64,000 bases of DNA from assembly GCA_964547855.1 (NCBI GenBank), contig CAZJPG010000002.1:41797-105796 (forward strand), read 5' to 3'. Below, piece by piece: positions 31,235 through 41,446 of this stretch. The notes below the pieces were generated by a model that did no database searches, had not been told where the DNA came from, and saw only the letters and a list, made by a program, of their open reading frames with translations. The position numbers and the translations under genes are program-made. This DNA is from an uncultured Gammaproteobacteria bacterium (lineage in GTDB: Bacteria; Patescibacteriota; Patescibacteriia; Patescibacteriales; WJLG01). Each line of letters opens with the position of its first letter. Position 1 is the stretch's first letter.

Positions 31235-31666
31235 ATGTTTATAGGCGAATATCAACACAATTTAGACAACAAAGGCCGCTTGGCTGTTCCAGCTAAGTTT
31301 CGCCAACTGTTAGAAGAGGGGGCAGTGGTTACCAAAGGCTTGGATAACTGTCTCTTTTTATATCCGAAGAATAAGTGGGAGGAAATGGCCAATAAGTTCG
31401 CCAATCTGCCTATAAGCCAAGCTAAAGCTCGTGCTTTTGCCAGACACATGTTGGCTGGGGCGATGCCAGTCGAGTTCGATAGTCAGGGTCGTATAACTTT
31501 GCCGGAGTATTTACGCAAATTCGCTGATTTAGCCAAAGAGACCATAATCGCTGGTTTATTCGATCGTTTGGAAATTTGGAATGAGAATAATTGGAATAAA
31601 TATAAAGAAGCTACTGAAAAGGATTCTGGAGATATCGCTGAAGCCTTGGGTGAATTAGGAGTTTGA
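31235..31666 (+). CDS. mraZ: Division/cell wall cluster repressor MraZ (start at MFIGEY)
   Basis: DNKGRLAVP and DSQGRITLP repeats; RLEIW. Confidence 0.97.
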   Translation: MFIGEYQHNLDNKGRLAVPAKFRQLLEEGAVVTKGLDNCLFLYPKNKWEEMANKFANLPISQAKARAFARHMLAGAMPVEFDSQGRITLPEYLRKFADLAKETIIAGLFDRLEIWNENNWNKYKEATEKDSGDIAEALGELGV

Positions 31667-31681
31667 TCTTTCTTAGTTTGA

Positions 31682-31928
31682 GAATGGAATTTTGAAATTT
31701 GAATTTGGAAACGAAGGTCGTTGCTAGGTTTTTCACTGCTGACAATGGCTTTTGAGGAGGCCCCGTCTCTTTCCCTTCCTTGGATAAGAAGGGCTCCAAA
31801 TTCAAATTCAGGATTTCATCGCAAAGAGTCTGTCTGATAAGCCCGTAATTTTTTTCTTTCGCCACGAAAGAGGCTTATCAGACAGACTCTAGGGAAGTGG
31901 GCCGCACGAGGAGGCGGCTTCACTTCTC
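31682..31928 (+). other. Structured mraZ-rsmH spacer (three consecutive hairpins)
   Basis: IRs 31682-31709/31795-31820; perfect 19-bp IR 31825-31843/31872-31890; 31892-31905/31914-31928. Confidence 0.7.
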
Positions 31929-31948
31929 AGAAGTTAATCTATTTCTTT

Positions 31949-32878
31949 ATGGAATACGCCCATATACCAGTCATGCTGGATGAGGCCTTGGATTTTGTTG
32001 GCCTAAAACAGGGAGGGCGTTATATAGACTGCACTTTAGGCGGAGGTGGATACACATCTCATATTTCTAAAGCGGTCGGAGATAATGGAGTCGTAGTAGC
32101 CTTTGATTTAGATGAAAAGGCTATAGAGAACACAAAATCCAAAAATTTATCCAATGTTATTTTGATAAATGATAGTTTTGCCAACCTTAGAGAGGGAGTT
32201 GCTGGTGTTTTAGGTAGTGATGTGAAATTTGATGGCATAGTTATGGACCTTGGTCTATCTTCGGCTCAGATCGATGATCCAGATAGGGGATTTTCCTTTA
32301 AGTTCGACTCTTCTTTGGACATGTCATTCTCAGGTGATTCGCAAAAGACCGATAAGATAGTTAATTCTTATAGTCAGGATAGATTAAAAGAGATAATAAA
32401 AGAATACGGTGAAGAGAGGTTCGCTGGGCAGATAGCTAAAAAAATAGCTGATGCCAGAAGAGGTAAGAACATAAGCACGGCTAAAGAATTGGCCGATATA
32501 GTAGTTTCTGCCATTCCTGAAAGGTTTAGGCACGGTCGTGTTCATCCGGCCACCAAGACCTTCCAGGCGCTAAGAATGGAGACTAATAGCGAGGTGGAGG
32601 CTCTTAAGGCTGTTTTGCCGCAAGCCGTTTCAATGTTGGCTGCCGGTGGCAGGTTGGTAGTAGTTTCATTTCATAGTATAGAAGATAGGATAGTTAAGGA
32701 TTTTTTCAAACAAGAGAGTCGTGATTGTCTGTGTCCGCCAGAATTACCGATATGTCGCTGTGGACACAAAGCCAGTCTTTCCGTCATCACCAAAAAACCG
32801 GTGTTGCCAAAGGAAGAGGAGGTTGGATCTAATCCGCGTTCCCGTAGCGCCAAGCTGCGAGCGGCGGAAAGGATCTAA
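31949..32878 (+). CDS. rsmH: 16S rRNA m4C1402 methyltransferase
   Basis: HIPVM, DCTLGGGG, DLGLSS, HPATKTFQALR, NPRSRSAKLR. Confidence 0.98.
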   Translation: MEYAHIPVMLDEALDFVGLKQGGRYIDCTLGGGGYTSHISKAVGDNGVVVAFDLDEKAIENTKSKNLSNVILINDSFANLREGVAGVLGSDVKFDGIVMDLGLSSAQIDDPDRGFSFKFDSSLDMSFSGDSQKTDKIVNSYSQDRLKEIIKEYGEERFAGQIAKKIADARRGKNISTAKELADIVVSAIPERFRHGRVHPATKTFQALRMETNSEVEALKAVLPQAVSMLAAGGRLVVVSFHSIEDRIVKDFFKQESRDCLCPPELPICRCGHKASLSVITKKPVLPKEEEVGSNPRSRSAKLRAAERI

Positions 32879-32916
32879 ACCGCAAAAAAACAAAAAGAAA
32901 AACAAAAATATAAATT

Positions 32917-33258
32917 ATGACCGAAAGGATAGAGGGTGTCTATTCGGCTCCTATGATGGATCGCCCAACAAGGACAATTAGCCTGCGCTTTGTCAACAAG
33001 ATTTTTATGATTTTGTTGCTCGTTAGCGGTGTTTACTATATAACGACGATCAATGATTTGGTCGTTAAAGGTTTTGTCTTGCAGGATTTAAAGGCTAAAG
33101 TGGAGGTGCTTAGAGATGATAATAGAACCATGGACGCCCGCGCTGTAGCCCTTAAATCTTGTAACGATCTTTCTTCTCGCATCGATGGTTTGGGGATGGT
33201 GACAGCTGATAAGATCGAGTATATAAAAGTCGGAAAAGGCATCCTGGCCGCCAAATAA
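32917..33258 (+). CDS. ftsL: FtsL-like cell division protein
   Basis: Single TM, coiled coil and LGM motif; located between rsmH and ftsI. Confidence 0.7.
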   Translation: MTERIEGVYSAPMMDRPTRTISLRFVNKIFMILLLVSGVYYITTINDLVVKGFVLQDLKAKVEVLRDDNRTMDARAVALKSCNDLSSRIDGLGMVTADKIEYIKVGKGILAAK

Positions 33259-33304
33259 CGTCCAGGTTTTTTGAAATTATGCGATAAAACAAGGAGATAA
33301 AAAT

Positions 33305-35368
33305 ATGGTTCCTTACGGTAGGAAAGAAAGAAAAACGGATGGTGGCAATCGCATAAGGATACTGATTGCGATTGTTTTTTTATTGGGGTCTTTTTTGTTG
33401 GTCAAACTTTACGGTTTGCAGGTTTTGCGTTATCAATTTTATTCCACTAGGGCTCAAAATCAGCATGAGTGGGAGGGTGAATTGCAACCAGAGCGAGGAG
33501 AGATATTCTTAGCTGGTCCAAAGGGTGGACAGGCACTTTATCCTTTTGCCGCCAATAAGGATTATTATTTAGTTTTTGCCATACCAGTGGATATTTCCAA
33601 TGGTGAGGAATCGCAAAAAATAGCCGATTCACTGTTCAAAATATTTGACCAGTCGCAGGCCATGACAGAAGTCGATGAATATTTCAAACAGAAAGACGAG
33701 GATGACTTGGCCTATGAGCTTTCTTTCGCTCAAAAATTGCCGGCCGAGGAAAGGGCTGTTAAAGAGGCTGAAATAAAGAAGCATTGGCAGGCCTTGAGGA
33801 GCGATAAGACTTGGCAAAAAGTTAGGCAAGTAGACAAGGAAGAGGAGTTAGAAAAGAAAAAGAAGGTTAAAGAGGTCGACTATTTCGCCAAGTTAAATAA
33901 GGAGGGTGATCCATATGAACCGATAAGAAAAAAAACTAGCGGTGAAGAGTTGATGGAGCTTTATTCGCTTTTGACCGATGGAACGCCAACGACCTCCATG
34001 GAGATAAAGAATGGCAAGGTTTGGAAGAAGGGGGATGACGATAAAGATGTGGAGGTTCGACCAAAGGGCATTTATCATTCAGTTGAAAAATATCGTTATT
34101 ATCCAGAAAAGAACATTGGTTCACAGATCCTTGGCTTTGTTAGATTGGACAACGAGACCAATAGAGGTTTTTATGGATTAGAAGGATTTTTCGATAAGGA
34201 GCTAGCAGGAAAGACTGGCTACATGAAGTCTGAACTGGCGGCTCGCAGAGACATACCAATATTGAACGGTCAGGAGTATGAAAGACCAAAAGATGGAACA
34301 GATCTTATTTTAACTATCGACCGCTCCATTGAATTTTATGCTTGCCAAAAACTTAAAGAGACAATAGACTTTCAGGAGGCTGAAAGCGGCCAAGTGATAG
34401 CTATGGACCCTAAGACGGGCGAGATCATTGCTATGTGTTCATGGCCAGATTTCGATCCTAATGATTACAGCAAGGCAGATGATATGATGGTCTTTAATAA
34501 TCCGGCTGTATTTGAGCAATATGAACCAGGTTCGGTCTTTAAAGCCATAACTATGGCTTCGGCCTTGGATGCTGGTAAGGTTCAAGTCAATACCATTTAT
34601 AAAGATGAAGGTTTCGTTAAAAAGAAGGCCTGGGATAGTCCAGTAAGAAATTCAGATTATTATTCTAAAGGAGGTCATGGCTGGGTCGATATGACGACTG
34701 TTTTGGAGTTGTCTTTGAATACTGGCGCGATTTTTGTCAGGGAGCAGTTGGGGGACAAAGATTTTGTGGATTATGTCAGAAATTTTGGTTTCGGCGAGAA
34801 GACCGGGATCGAGCTTGAAGGTGAGGCGCCTGGCAATATATCTAACCTTATATCCGCTAGACCAAGAGAGATAGACCTTGATATGGCCTCGTTCGGCCAA
34901 GCCGTAACAGTCACTCCTTTGCAGATGATCATGTCTTATGGCGCTTTGGCCAATGGAGGTATTTTAATGAAGCCGTTCATAGTCAAGCAAATGATCCATG
35001 AAGATGGTTCAGTCGAAAATATCGGTCCAAGAGAGGTTAGACGGGTCATTTCTGATAAGGCGGCCAATATGACTTTGGGGATGTTGGTAAGGGTGGTTGA
35101 GGATGGTCATGCTAAGAAAGCTCAGATCGATGGTTTTTATGTCGCCGGAAAGACCGGCACTGCTCAGATACCGGATAAGAGTGGGTATAGCGATGAGACG
35201 ATCCATACTTTTATTGGTATAGCCCCAGCCGATGACCCACGTTTCGTCATGCTCACTAAAGTGAACAAACCTAAAAAGTCAGAATTCGCTGAAGGTTCGG
35301 TGGTGCCATTATGGAGAGATATAGCGGATTTTATGCTTAGATATTATCAAGTACCGAAAGACAGATGA
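33305..35368 (+). CDS. ftsI: Class B penicillin-binding protein (FtsI/PBP2 family)
   Basis: RGEI, RYYP, YEPGSVFK, SLN and AGKTGTAQ motifs; charged insertion in the pedestal domain. Confidence 0.93.
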   Translation: MVPYGRKERKTDGGNRIRILIAIVFLLGSFLLVKLYGLQVLRYQFYSTRAQNQHEWEGELQPERGEIFLAGPKGGQALYPFAANKDYYLVFAIPVDISNGEESQKIADSLFKIFDQSQAMTEVDEYFKQKDEDDLAYELSFAQKLPAEERAVKEAEIKKHWQALRSDKTWQKVRQVDKEEELEKKKKVKEVDYFAKLNKEGDPYEPIRKKTSGEELMELYSLLTDGTPTTSMEIKNGKVWKKGDDDKDVEVRPKGIYHSVEKYRYYPEKNIGSQILGFVRLDNETNRGFYGLEGFFDKELAGKTGYMKSELAARRDIPILNGQEYERPKDGTDLILTIDRSIEFYACQKLKETIDFQEAESGQVIAMDPKTGEIIAMCSWPDFDPNDYSKADDMMVFNNPAVFEQYEPGSVFKAITMASALDAGKVQVNTIYKDEGFVKKKAWDSPVRNSDYYSKGGHGWVDMTTVLELSLNTGAIFVREQLGDKDFVDYVRNFGFGEKTGIELEGEAPGNISNLISARPREIDLDMASFGQAVTVTPLQMIMSYGALANGGILMKPFIVKQMIHEDGSVENIGPREVRRVISDKAANMTLGMLVRVVEDGHAKKAQIDGFYVAGKTGTAQIPDKSGYSDETIHTFIGIAPADDPRFVMLTKVNKPKKSEFAEGSVVPLWRDIADFMLRYYQVPKDR

Positions 35369-35404
35369 CCTTAAATACAGTTTTTATTTTTCAAAATCAA
35401 TTAT

Positions 35405-36703
35405 ATGTTTAAAAAGATAGTCGCCATAAAACTTAAGTTTTTTTCTAAGGCCATTTTGGCGAAACACAAGCCTAAAGTCGTTGGTATAACCGGTTCTGTA
35501 GGAAAGACCAGTGCCAAAGATGCGTCTTTGGCTGTTTTGGAGTCTAAATTTGCGGCCAAGGCCAGTATCAAGAATTATAATAATGAATTCGGATTGCCAT
35601 TATCTATAATAGGTTGTGATTCTCCGGGAAAGAATATAATTGGCTGGATAAGGGTTTTCGCCAAGGCCGCCATTTTAGCTTGGGGTAAAGTCAAAGATTA
35701 TCCTAAGGTACTGGTTTTGGAAATGGGTGTCGATAAGGTCGGAGATATGGATTTTTTAAATAGCATCGTGTCTTGCGACGTAGGGCTTGTCACGACGATC
35801 GGTGCCTCTCATCTTGAGCAATTCGGATCCGTGGACAAAATTCAGAAAGAGAAGTCTAAGATGATAGCCAATATCAATAAGGGTGGATGGGCCATATTTA
35901 ATTATGATGACGAGAGAACTCGTTCGATGGCTAAATCGAGCAAGGTCAAAGTTATGACATACGGATTTTCCGAAGGAGCCGACCTTAGCGCTGGTAACGT
36001 TATATTTAAATTCGAAGAGAAAGGAGTGTCTTCCAGCTTGGCCGGCGTATCATTTAAAATGAGTTACGGAGGTTCTGTGGTCCCAGTCGTCTTGCCGAAT
36101 GTCATTGGTACGGCTGCGGTCTATGCCGCTTTGGCCGGTGCCGCCACCGGAATCGCCCTGGGTATGAACTTGGTCGACGTGGCTACTGCTTTGGCTAAAT
36201 TCGACTCGCCAAAAGGTAGGATGAAATTGATCGATGGGATCAAAGGCACTATGATAATAGATGATACTTATAACGCATCTCCACAGTCTTGTCTTGCTGC
36301 CATTGAATTTGTCGGCAGAATAAAGTCGGAGGACGGAGCTTCTAAGGTCGCCGTGCTTGGTGATATGTTAGAACTTGGTTCTTTAAGCGAAGAGGCGCAT
36401 AGAGAAGTGGGGCAAGCATTGGCCAAAGCTAGTTTCGACTTAGTGATAACTTGCGGTTCAAGGTCGCGCGATATCGGACATGGTGCTAAGGACGCTGGCA
36501 TGGCCGAAGACGCCGTGTTCCATTTTCCGACTAACGCCGAAGCTGGCAGATTCGCCCAAGAAAGGATTAGAAAAGGTGATCTTATTCTTATTAAAGGATC
36601 GCAGGGCGCGAGAATGGAGAAAGTGGTAAAAGAGCTTATGGCCGATCCGTTGCACTCAACAGATCTTTTAGTCCGTCAGGGACCTGAATGGGAGAAAGGC
36701 TAA
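35405..36703 (+). CDS. murF: UDP-MurNAc-tripeptide:D-Ala-D-Ala ligase
   Basis: GITGSVGKTS, NNEFGLP, DDTYNASP, LGDMLELG, KGS. Confidence 0.96.
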   Translation: MFKKIVAIKLKFFSKAILAKHKPKVVGITGSVGKTSAKDASLAVLESKFAAKASIKNYNNEFGLPLSIIGCDSPGKNIIGWIRVFAKAAILAWGKVKDYPKVLVLEMGVDKVGDMDFLNSIVSCDVGLVTTIGASHLEQFGSVDKIQKEKSKMIANINKGGWAIFNYDDERTRSMAKSSKVKVMTYGFSEGADLSAGNVIFKFEEKGVSSSLAGVSFKMSYGGSVVPVVLPNVIGTAAVYAALAGAATGIALGMNLVDVATALAKFDSPKGRMKLIDGIKGTMIIDDTYNASPQSCLAAIEFVGRIKSEDGASKVAVLGDMLELGSLSEEAHREVGQALAKASFDLVITCGSRSRDIGHGAKDAGMAEDAVFHFPTNAEAGRFAQERIRKGDLILIKGSQGARMEKVVKELMADPLHSTDLLVRQGPEWEKG

Positions 36704-36740
36704 CTTTACAAATAAGCTATTGTAGTATAGGCTTAATTGA

Positions 36741-37466
36741 ATGAGAGGAATAATACTTTCGGGCGGTCTTGGGACTCGTTTGAGACCGCTTACAAAAATA
36801 ACTTCCAAACAACTTTTACCGGTTTATGATCGGCCGATGATTTATTATCCTTTAAATACGCTTTTAAAGGCTGGTATAAAAGATATATTGATAATAGTCG
36901 CTCCGCAGTATGCCGGTGATTATTTGAACTTGCTCGGTTCTGGCAAGGAATTCGGTGCCAGATTCACTTATGAGGTCCAAGAGGAACCTCGCGGTTTGGC
37001 CGATGCTTTTATCATTGGTGAGAATTTTATCGATGGCGAAGACGTGGTCATGGTTTTGGGCGATAATATAATAGAGGACGACGTATCCGAGGATATAAAG
37101 AATTTTAAGGGCGGAGCCAGAGTCTTTGCTAAAAAAGTTCCTGATCCGGAAAGGTTCGGGGTGGTTCGTTTCGATGATACTGGTAAACCGGTCGAGATAG
37201 TGGAGAAGCCAAAAGAGAAAATAAGCGACAGCGCTTTGATCGGTCTCTATATTTATGACGGGCGAGTCGTTGAAGTGGCTAAGAACGTCCAACCGAGCGA
37301 GCGCGGAGAGCTCGAGATAGTCGATTTGCATCGCTGGTATTTAGAACGTGGCGAATTGTCGGTCGCGGAGATAAAGGGCGAATGGGTGGACGCAGGAACA
37401 TTCGATAGCTTGCTTAAGGCTCAAGTATTTGCCAAAGAAAAACTGAAAGGCAAAATGATAATATGA
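36741..37466 (+). CDS. rfbA: Glucose-1-phosphate thymidylyltransferase (short form)
   Basis: GGLGTRLRPLT..SKQLLPVYD; SERGELEI; WVDAGT. Confidence 0.93.
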   Translation: MRGIILSGGLGTRLRPLTKITSKQLLPVYDRPMIYYPLNTLLKAGIKDILIIVAPQYAGDYLNLLGSGKEFGARFTYEVQEEPRGLADAFIIGENFIDGEDVVMVLGDNIIEDDVSEDIKNFKGGARVFAKKVPDPERFGVVRFDDTGKPVEIVEKPKEKISDSALIGLYIYDGRVVEVAKNVQPSERGELEIVDLHRWYLERGELSVAEIKGEWVDAGTFDSLLKAQVFAKEKLKGKMII

Positions 37467-38422
37467 ACGGGCAGGGTCCTAAAGTTTATATAGGGTTTAT
37501 AGTTTTTGGCGAGCAGACGGCTAAGTATCTGCCGCCATTTTTGGATTCTTTGAAAAAACAGACTTTTAGCAATATTAAGATATTGGCCTATAACAACGGC
37601 GACGATGGTGCTGGCAATTCTTTTTTTATAAAAAGAAGCGGTATCGAATTGACTGTTATGGGCGACGGTAAGAATGTTGGTTTTGCTGCGGCCTATAACT
37701 TAATGATCAAAGAGGCTGTCAAAGAAAAAGCCGATTATTTTTGGGTGACAAATCCTGACATGGTCTATAACTCCGATACTCTCGAGAGATTAGTTAGTCG
37801 AATGGAAGGTGACGCTGAATTGGGGTCGGTCTGTCCTAAATTGCTTAAATGGGAGTTCGGTAAAGATCATAGGACCGACATAGTCGATTCTTGTGGGATA
37901 GAGATGAAGGACGGCTTGCGCTTCTTTGATTTTGGGCAAGGAGAGCGTGATCGTTTCGATCTGCGCTATGGTAGTATCATCGGCCCGTCTGGTGCTTCTG
38001 GTTTGTATCGATTAGCCGCCCTGGAAAAGGTCAAGGAAGATGGAGATTATTTCGATGAGAATTTTTTCATGTACAAAGAGGATTGTGATTTAGACTACCG
38101 CTTGATGTTGGCTGAATGGGAGACGGCTTTAGTGCCGGAAGCGGTCGGGTGGCATGATCGCACCGCAGTTGGCGCCGGCAAGAACGATGTCGCGTCCATA
38201 AAGGCCCGTATCGGCAAGAGTCAAAAGGTTAGAGTTTGGTCAACGACCAATCAATTTAGGATATTCCTGAAATACTGGAAGCTACAAAAATTTAAGTCTA
38301 AGCTGGCTATAATAGCCTATTCTGCAAAAGTCCTTGTTTATTCCTTGATCTTTGAGCGTTCCTTGCTTAAGGAGCTTTTGGCCGTCTGGAAGGGGCGAAA
38401 TGTCCTGAGTAGATATGGTTAA
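37463..38422 (+). CDS. Glycosyltransferase family 2 (rhamnosyltransferase-like)
   Basis: NVGFAAAYN, NPD, FDENFFMYKEDCDL. Confidence 0.92.
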   Translation: MNGQGPKVYIGFIVFGEQTAKYLPPFLDSLKKQTFSNIKILAYNNGDDGAGNSFFIKRSGIELTVMGDGKNVGFAAAYNLMIKEAVKEKADYFWVTNPDMVYNSDTLERLVSRMEGDAELGSVCPKLLKWEFGKDHRTDIVDSCGIEMKDGLRFFDFGQGERDRFDLRYGSIIGPSGASGLYRLAALEKVKEDGDYFDENFFMYKEDCDLDYRLMLAEWETALVPEAVGWHDRTAVGAGKNDVASIKARIGKSQKVRVWSTTNQFRIFLKYWKLQKFKSKLAIIAYSAKVLVYSLIFERSLLKELLAVWKGRNVLSRYG

Positions 38423-38512
38423 ATTTGAATTATTGACTTTTTTACGTTTTTTGTTTAATATATAAGAAGCTTTAGACAAAGCCTTTTTTATTTATATAAA
38501 ATTACTAATATT

Positions 38513-38821
38513 ATGGCTAAAATAGCTGTTATCAAGACCGGAGGCAAACAGTATAAGGTTGCCGAGGGCGAAACTCTGAAAATCGAAAAATTAGACAAAG
38601 AGACTGGCGAAAAAGTTAAATTCGACACTCTTTTGATCTCTGATGGAAAGGCCATCAACATCGGCGCCCCATCTTTGGGCGAGAAGGTTGAGGCTGAGGT
38701 CATCAAGGAAGGCAAGGCCAAGAAGGTCTCTGTGATCAAATTCAAGAACAAGGTTAGATACCGCCGTAATGTTGGCCATCGCCAGCATTTCACCGAAGTC
38801 AAGATCACTTCAATCGCTTAA
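38513..38821 (+). CDS. rplU: 50S ribosomal protein L21
   Basis: IKTGGKQYKV and GHRQ motifs. Confidence 0.98.
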   Translation: MAKIAVIKTGGKQYKVAEGETLKIEKLDKETGEKVKFDTLLISDGKAINIGAPSLGEKVEAEVIKEGKAKKVSVIKFKNKVRYRRNVGHRQHFTEVKITSIA

Positions 38822-38824
38822 AAT

Positions 38825-38858
38825 AAAAAACAGACCCTTTATCGGGGTCTGTTTTTTT
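38825..38858. terminator. Bidirectional terminator between rplU and recR
   Basis: aaaaaacagaccc...gggtctgttttttt. Confidence 0.8.
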
Positions 38859-39454
38859 TATATCTCGTTCCTATTTTTAAGCGCGTTGTTCAATGTTATT
38901 TCGTCCGCGTATTCGATGTCCGATCCCATCGGTAGACCACGGGCCAGACGAGTGACCCTTACTTTTTCGTTCTTTAGCAGCTTTGATAGGTATAAAGAGG
39001 TCGTCTCTCCTTCTAGTGTTGGCGAGAGGGCTAATATGACCTCCTTAGTGCCCCCAGAACGTATGCGTTTCACTAGGGCTGCGATATTGGTCTTATCGGC
39101 GTCTATGCCTTCCTGTGGCCTTAGGTTACGTCCTATGAGGAAGTAGAGGCCTTTATAGCGCCCAGTGGACTCGATGGCCAACATTTCTGGTTGAGTGGCC
39201 ACGACACAGAGAGTTGAGCGGTCGCGAGTCTCGTCGGCGCAGATCATACAAGGATTGCTTTCGGCTACCGATAGACAATGCGCACAGAGCTTTAGTTCTT
39301 TTTTTAGACTTATGACATCCCCAGCCAATTTAGCCAAAAACTCTTTTGGTTGTTTAAGCAAATAAAAAGCATAGCGTTGGGCCGTCTTTGGTCCAACGGT
39401 CGGAAGTTCTGAAAGGTCGTCGATCAAGTTTTGGATATTTTTTGGGAATTTCAT
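38858..39454 (-). CDS. recR: Recombination mediator RecR
   Basis: LPTVGPKTAQR, C4 zinc finger, Toprim EGETT, GLPMGSDIEYAD. Confidence 0.98.
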   Translation of the reverse strand: MKFPKNIQNLIDDLSELPTVGPKTAQRYAFYLLKQPKEFLAKLAGDVISLKKELKLCAHCLSVAESNPCMICADETRDRSTLCVVATQPEMLAIESTGRYKGLYFLIGRNLRPQEGIDADKTNIAALVKRIRSGGTKEVILALSPTLEGETTSLYLSKLLKNEKVRVTRLARGLPMGSDIEYADEITLNNALKNRNEI

Positions 39455-39484
39455 CGAAAATAATCAAAGTGGCTAACTTATCTT

Positions 39485-39760
39485 TTACCCAAGTCCAGGA
39501 AGTCCACCCATGGCGCGCATTTTCTCGGCCAAAACTTTTTGGGTTTTTTTGATCGAGTCGTTCATGGCGTCAGGTAGATTTTTCTCTAATTCTGCCTTGG
39601 TCATTTCTTTTTCTAAGACAACTTCTTTAACATTCATATTTCCGTCCATGGTGATTTTGATACCGTGGCGGTCAGAGATTATGGTCTCGCCTGATAGGGC
39701 ATTTTGAATTGTTTTAGCTTGATCTCTTAGATCCTTGATCTGCTTTAGTTTTTCGAACAT
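39485..39760 (-). CDS. ybaB: YbaB/EbfC nucleoid-associated protein (start at MFEKLK)
   Basis: Size, ITMDGN motif and position upstream of recR. Confidence 0.85.
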   Translation of the reverse strand: MFEKLKQIKDLRDQAKTIQNALSGETIISDRHGIKITMDGNMNVKEVVLEKEMTKAELEKNLPDAMNDSIKKTQKVLAEKMRAMGGLPGLG

Positions 39761-39857
39761 GTTATTATTGGGAAAAATCAATTCATTATTGTCCAAAGGG
39801 ACATGATAATTCTTTAATTTTTCTTCGCCGATCGGCGAATTTAATTTTTAATTTAAT

Positions 39858-41252
39858 TTAGAATTCAGGTGGAGCTTCGCCGTAATCATGGCGTGTCACG
39901 TTTTTAAAGCTTGTGGTCTCACCATCGAAGAACAGGTCGACTTTACCGGTAGGGCCGTTTCTGTGTTTGGCGATGAATACTTGTGCGCTATGTTTTTCTT
40001 CGTCGGTTAGGTCTTCGAAACGATAGTTACGATCGGCCGCTTTGCGATAGACGAACATGACGACGTCAGCATCCTGTTCGATAGATCCGGATTCGCGCAA
40101 GTGGGCTAATTTTGGAATGGCCGGTTTTTCCATTTCCACAGCACGAGAAAGCTGTGACAACGCAATGACCGGAACATTCAATTCGCGGGCGACTCCTTTA
40201 AGGCCTCTTGATATTTCAGCGACCTCTTGAACGCGGTTATCGCTGTATTTTCCGCGACCGTGCATTAGCTGCAAGTAGTCGATAATTATAAGTCCAAGAC
40301 CTTTGTCCATTTTTAGACGACGGCATTTGGCTCTGATATCCATGACCGTGCAGGCGGCGGAGTCGTCTATGAATATTGGGGCCTCCGATAACTGTCCCAT
40401 GGCTTCACCGATCTTGGCGAAGTCGTTGTCGTTGTCTCGATCGGAAAGATTGCCGGTGCGCATTTTCCAAAGCGAAACATTCGCTTGGGCGCAAAGCATT
40501 CTGTCGACCAACTGTTCTTTACTCATTTCTAAAGAGAATACTCCGACCGGTTCCTTGGAGTGTATGGCCCCCATACGGGCGATGTCCATGGCTAGAGTGG
40601 TCTTACCGACGGAAGGACGAGCGGCTAGAATTATGAGGTCTGATTTTTGTAGTCCGGCAAGTAAGTTGTCTAGGTCCTTAAAGCCTGTTGGCAGACCGCG
40701 CAATTTGCCTGATTGCTTGTGTAGCTCGTCTATTCTCTCAAAAGCTTCGGAGAGTAGATTGTCGATGCCGACAAAAGCTGTCTTAGTGTGATTTTGAGAA
40801 ATTTGAAATATTTTCTTTTCAACGTCGTCCAAAAGCAGTTCGACATCCTCATCTTCCTGAAAGCTTAGATCGGAGATCTCGGCCGCGGCCGATTGCAAGC
40901 GGCGAAGAGTGGCTTTATGTTGTATGATCTTGGCATAGTTCTCGACATTCGAAGCGGTGGTCACGAAATTGGAGAGTTGAGCCAAATACGTGCGACCACC
41001 TATCTTTGCCAATGATCCCTTAGCATCGAGTTTGTTGGCCAAAGTCAGAGAGTCGATCGGTTCTTGTTTGGAAAAGAGTTCCACCATGGCCTGATAGATG
41101 ATCTGGTGGGTGTTTTTATAGAAGTCGCTGTCCGAAAGTCCATCGATCACTTTGACGATGGCATTTTTGTCGATAAGAATGCAGGACAATAAAGATTGCT
41201 CGGCCTCTATATTTTGAGGTGGTATTTTGCCTAAATTTTCTTTTTCGGCCAT
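39858..41252 (-). CDS. dnaB: Replicative DNA helicase
   Basis: PPQNIEAEQ, ARPSVGKT, IIDYLQL, LRESGSIEQDAD, KHRNGPTG. Confidence 0.99.
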   Translation of the reverse strand: MAEKENLGKIPPQNIEAEQSLLSCILIDKNAIVKVIDGLSDSDFYKNTHQIIYQAMVELFSKQEPIDSLTLANKLDAKGSLAKIGGRTYLAQLSNFVTTASNVENYAKIIQHKATLRRLQSAAAEISDLSFQEDEDVELLLDDVEKKIFQISQNHTKTAFVGIDNLLSEAFERIDELHKQSGKLRGLPTGFKDLDNLLAGLQKSDLIILAARPSVGKTTLAMDIARMGAIHSKEPVGVFSLEMSKEQLVDRMLCAQANVSLWKMRTGNLSDRDNDNDFAKIGEAMGQLSEAPIFIDDSAACTVMDIRAKCRRLKMDKGLGLIIIDYLQLMHGRGKYSDNRVQEVAEISRGLKGVARELNVPVIALSQLSRAVEMEKPAIPKLAHLRESGSIEQDADVVMFVYRKAADRNYRFEDLTDEEKHSAQVFIAKHRNGPTGKVDLFFDGETTSFKNVTRHDYGEAPPEF

Positions 41253-41412
41253 ATTTTTTTCACTTTGGAGTATTGCTTAACAAGACAATTATAGGCTTTA
41301 GAGAGGAGTTTAGCAAGGGTGTTTTTGTGGCTTCTTTGTGGTTTGATTGTTGAAAACTATTTATTTTAACCTTTCCACCTGTATTGGTAAAAAACATATT
41401 TTTGTCGCTGTA

Positions 41413-41441
41413 TTGACAATTTTTTGATTTTATTATAATAT
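41413..41441 (+). promoter_or_regulatory. Sigma70 promoter facing a non-coding region
   Basis: TTGACA-17 nt-TAATAT, with an overlapping TATAAT. Confidence 0.7.
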
Positions 41442-41446
41442 GACAA

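Noticed and set aside
31667-31948. RNase P RNA near mraZ
   Set aside because: No GAGGAAAGUC P4 signature on either strand; the ggcttat match is just one arm of a hairpin.
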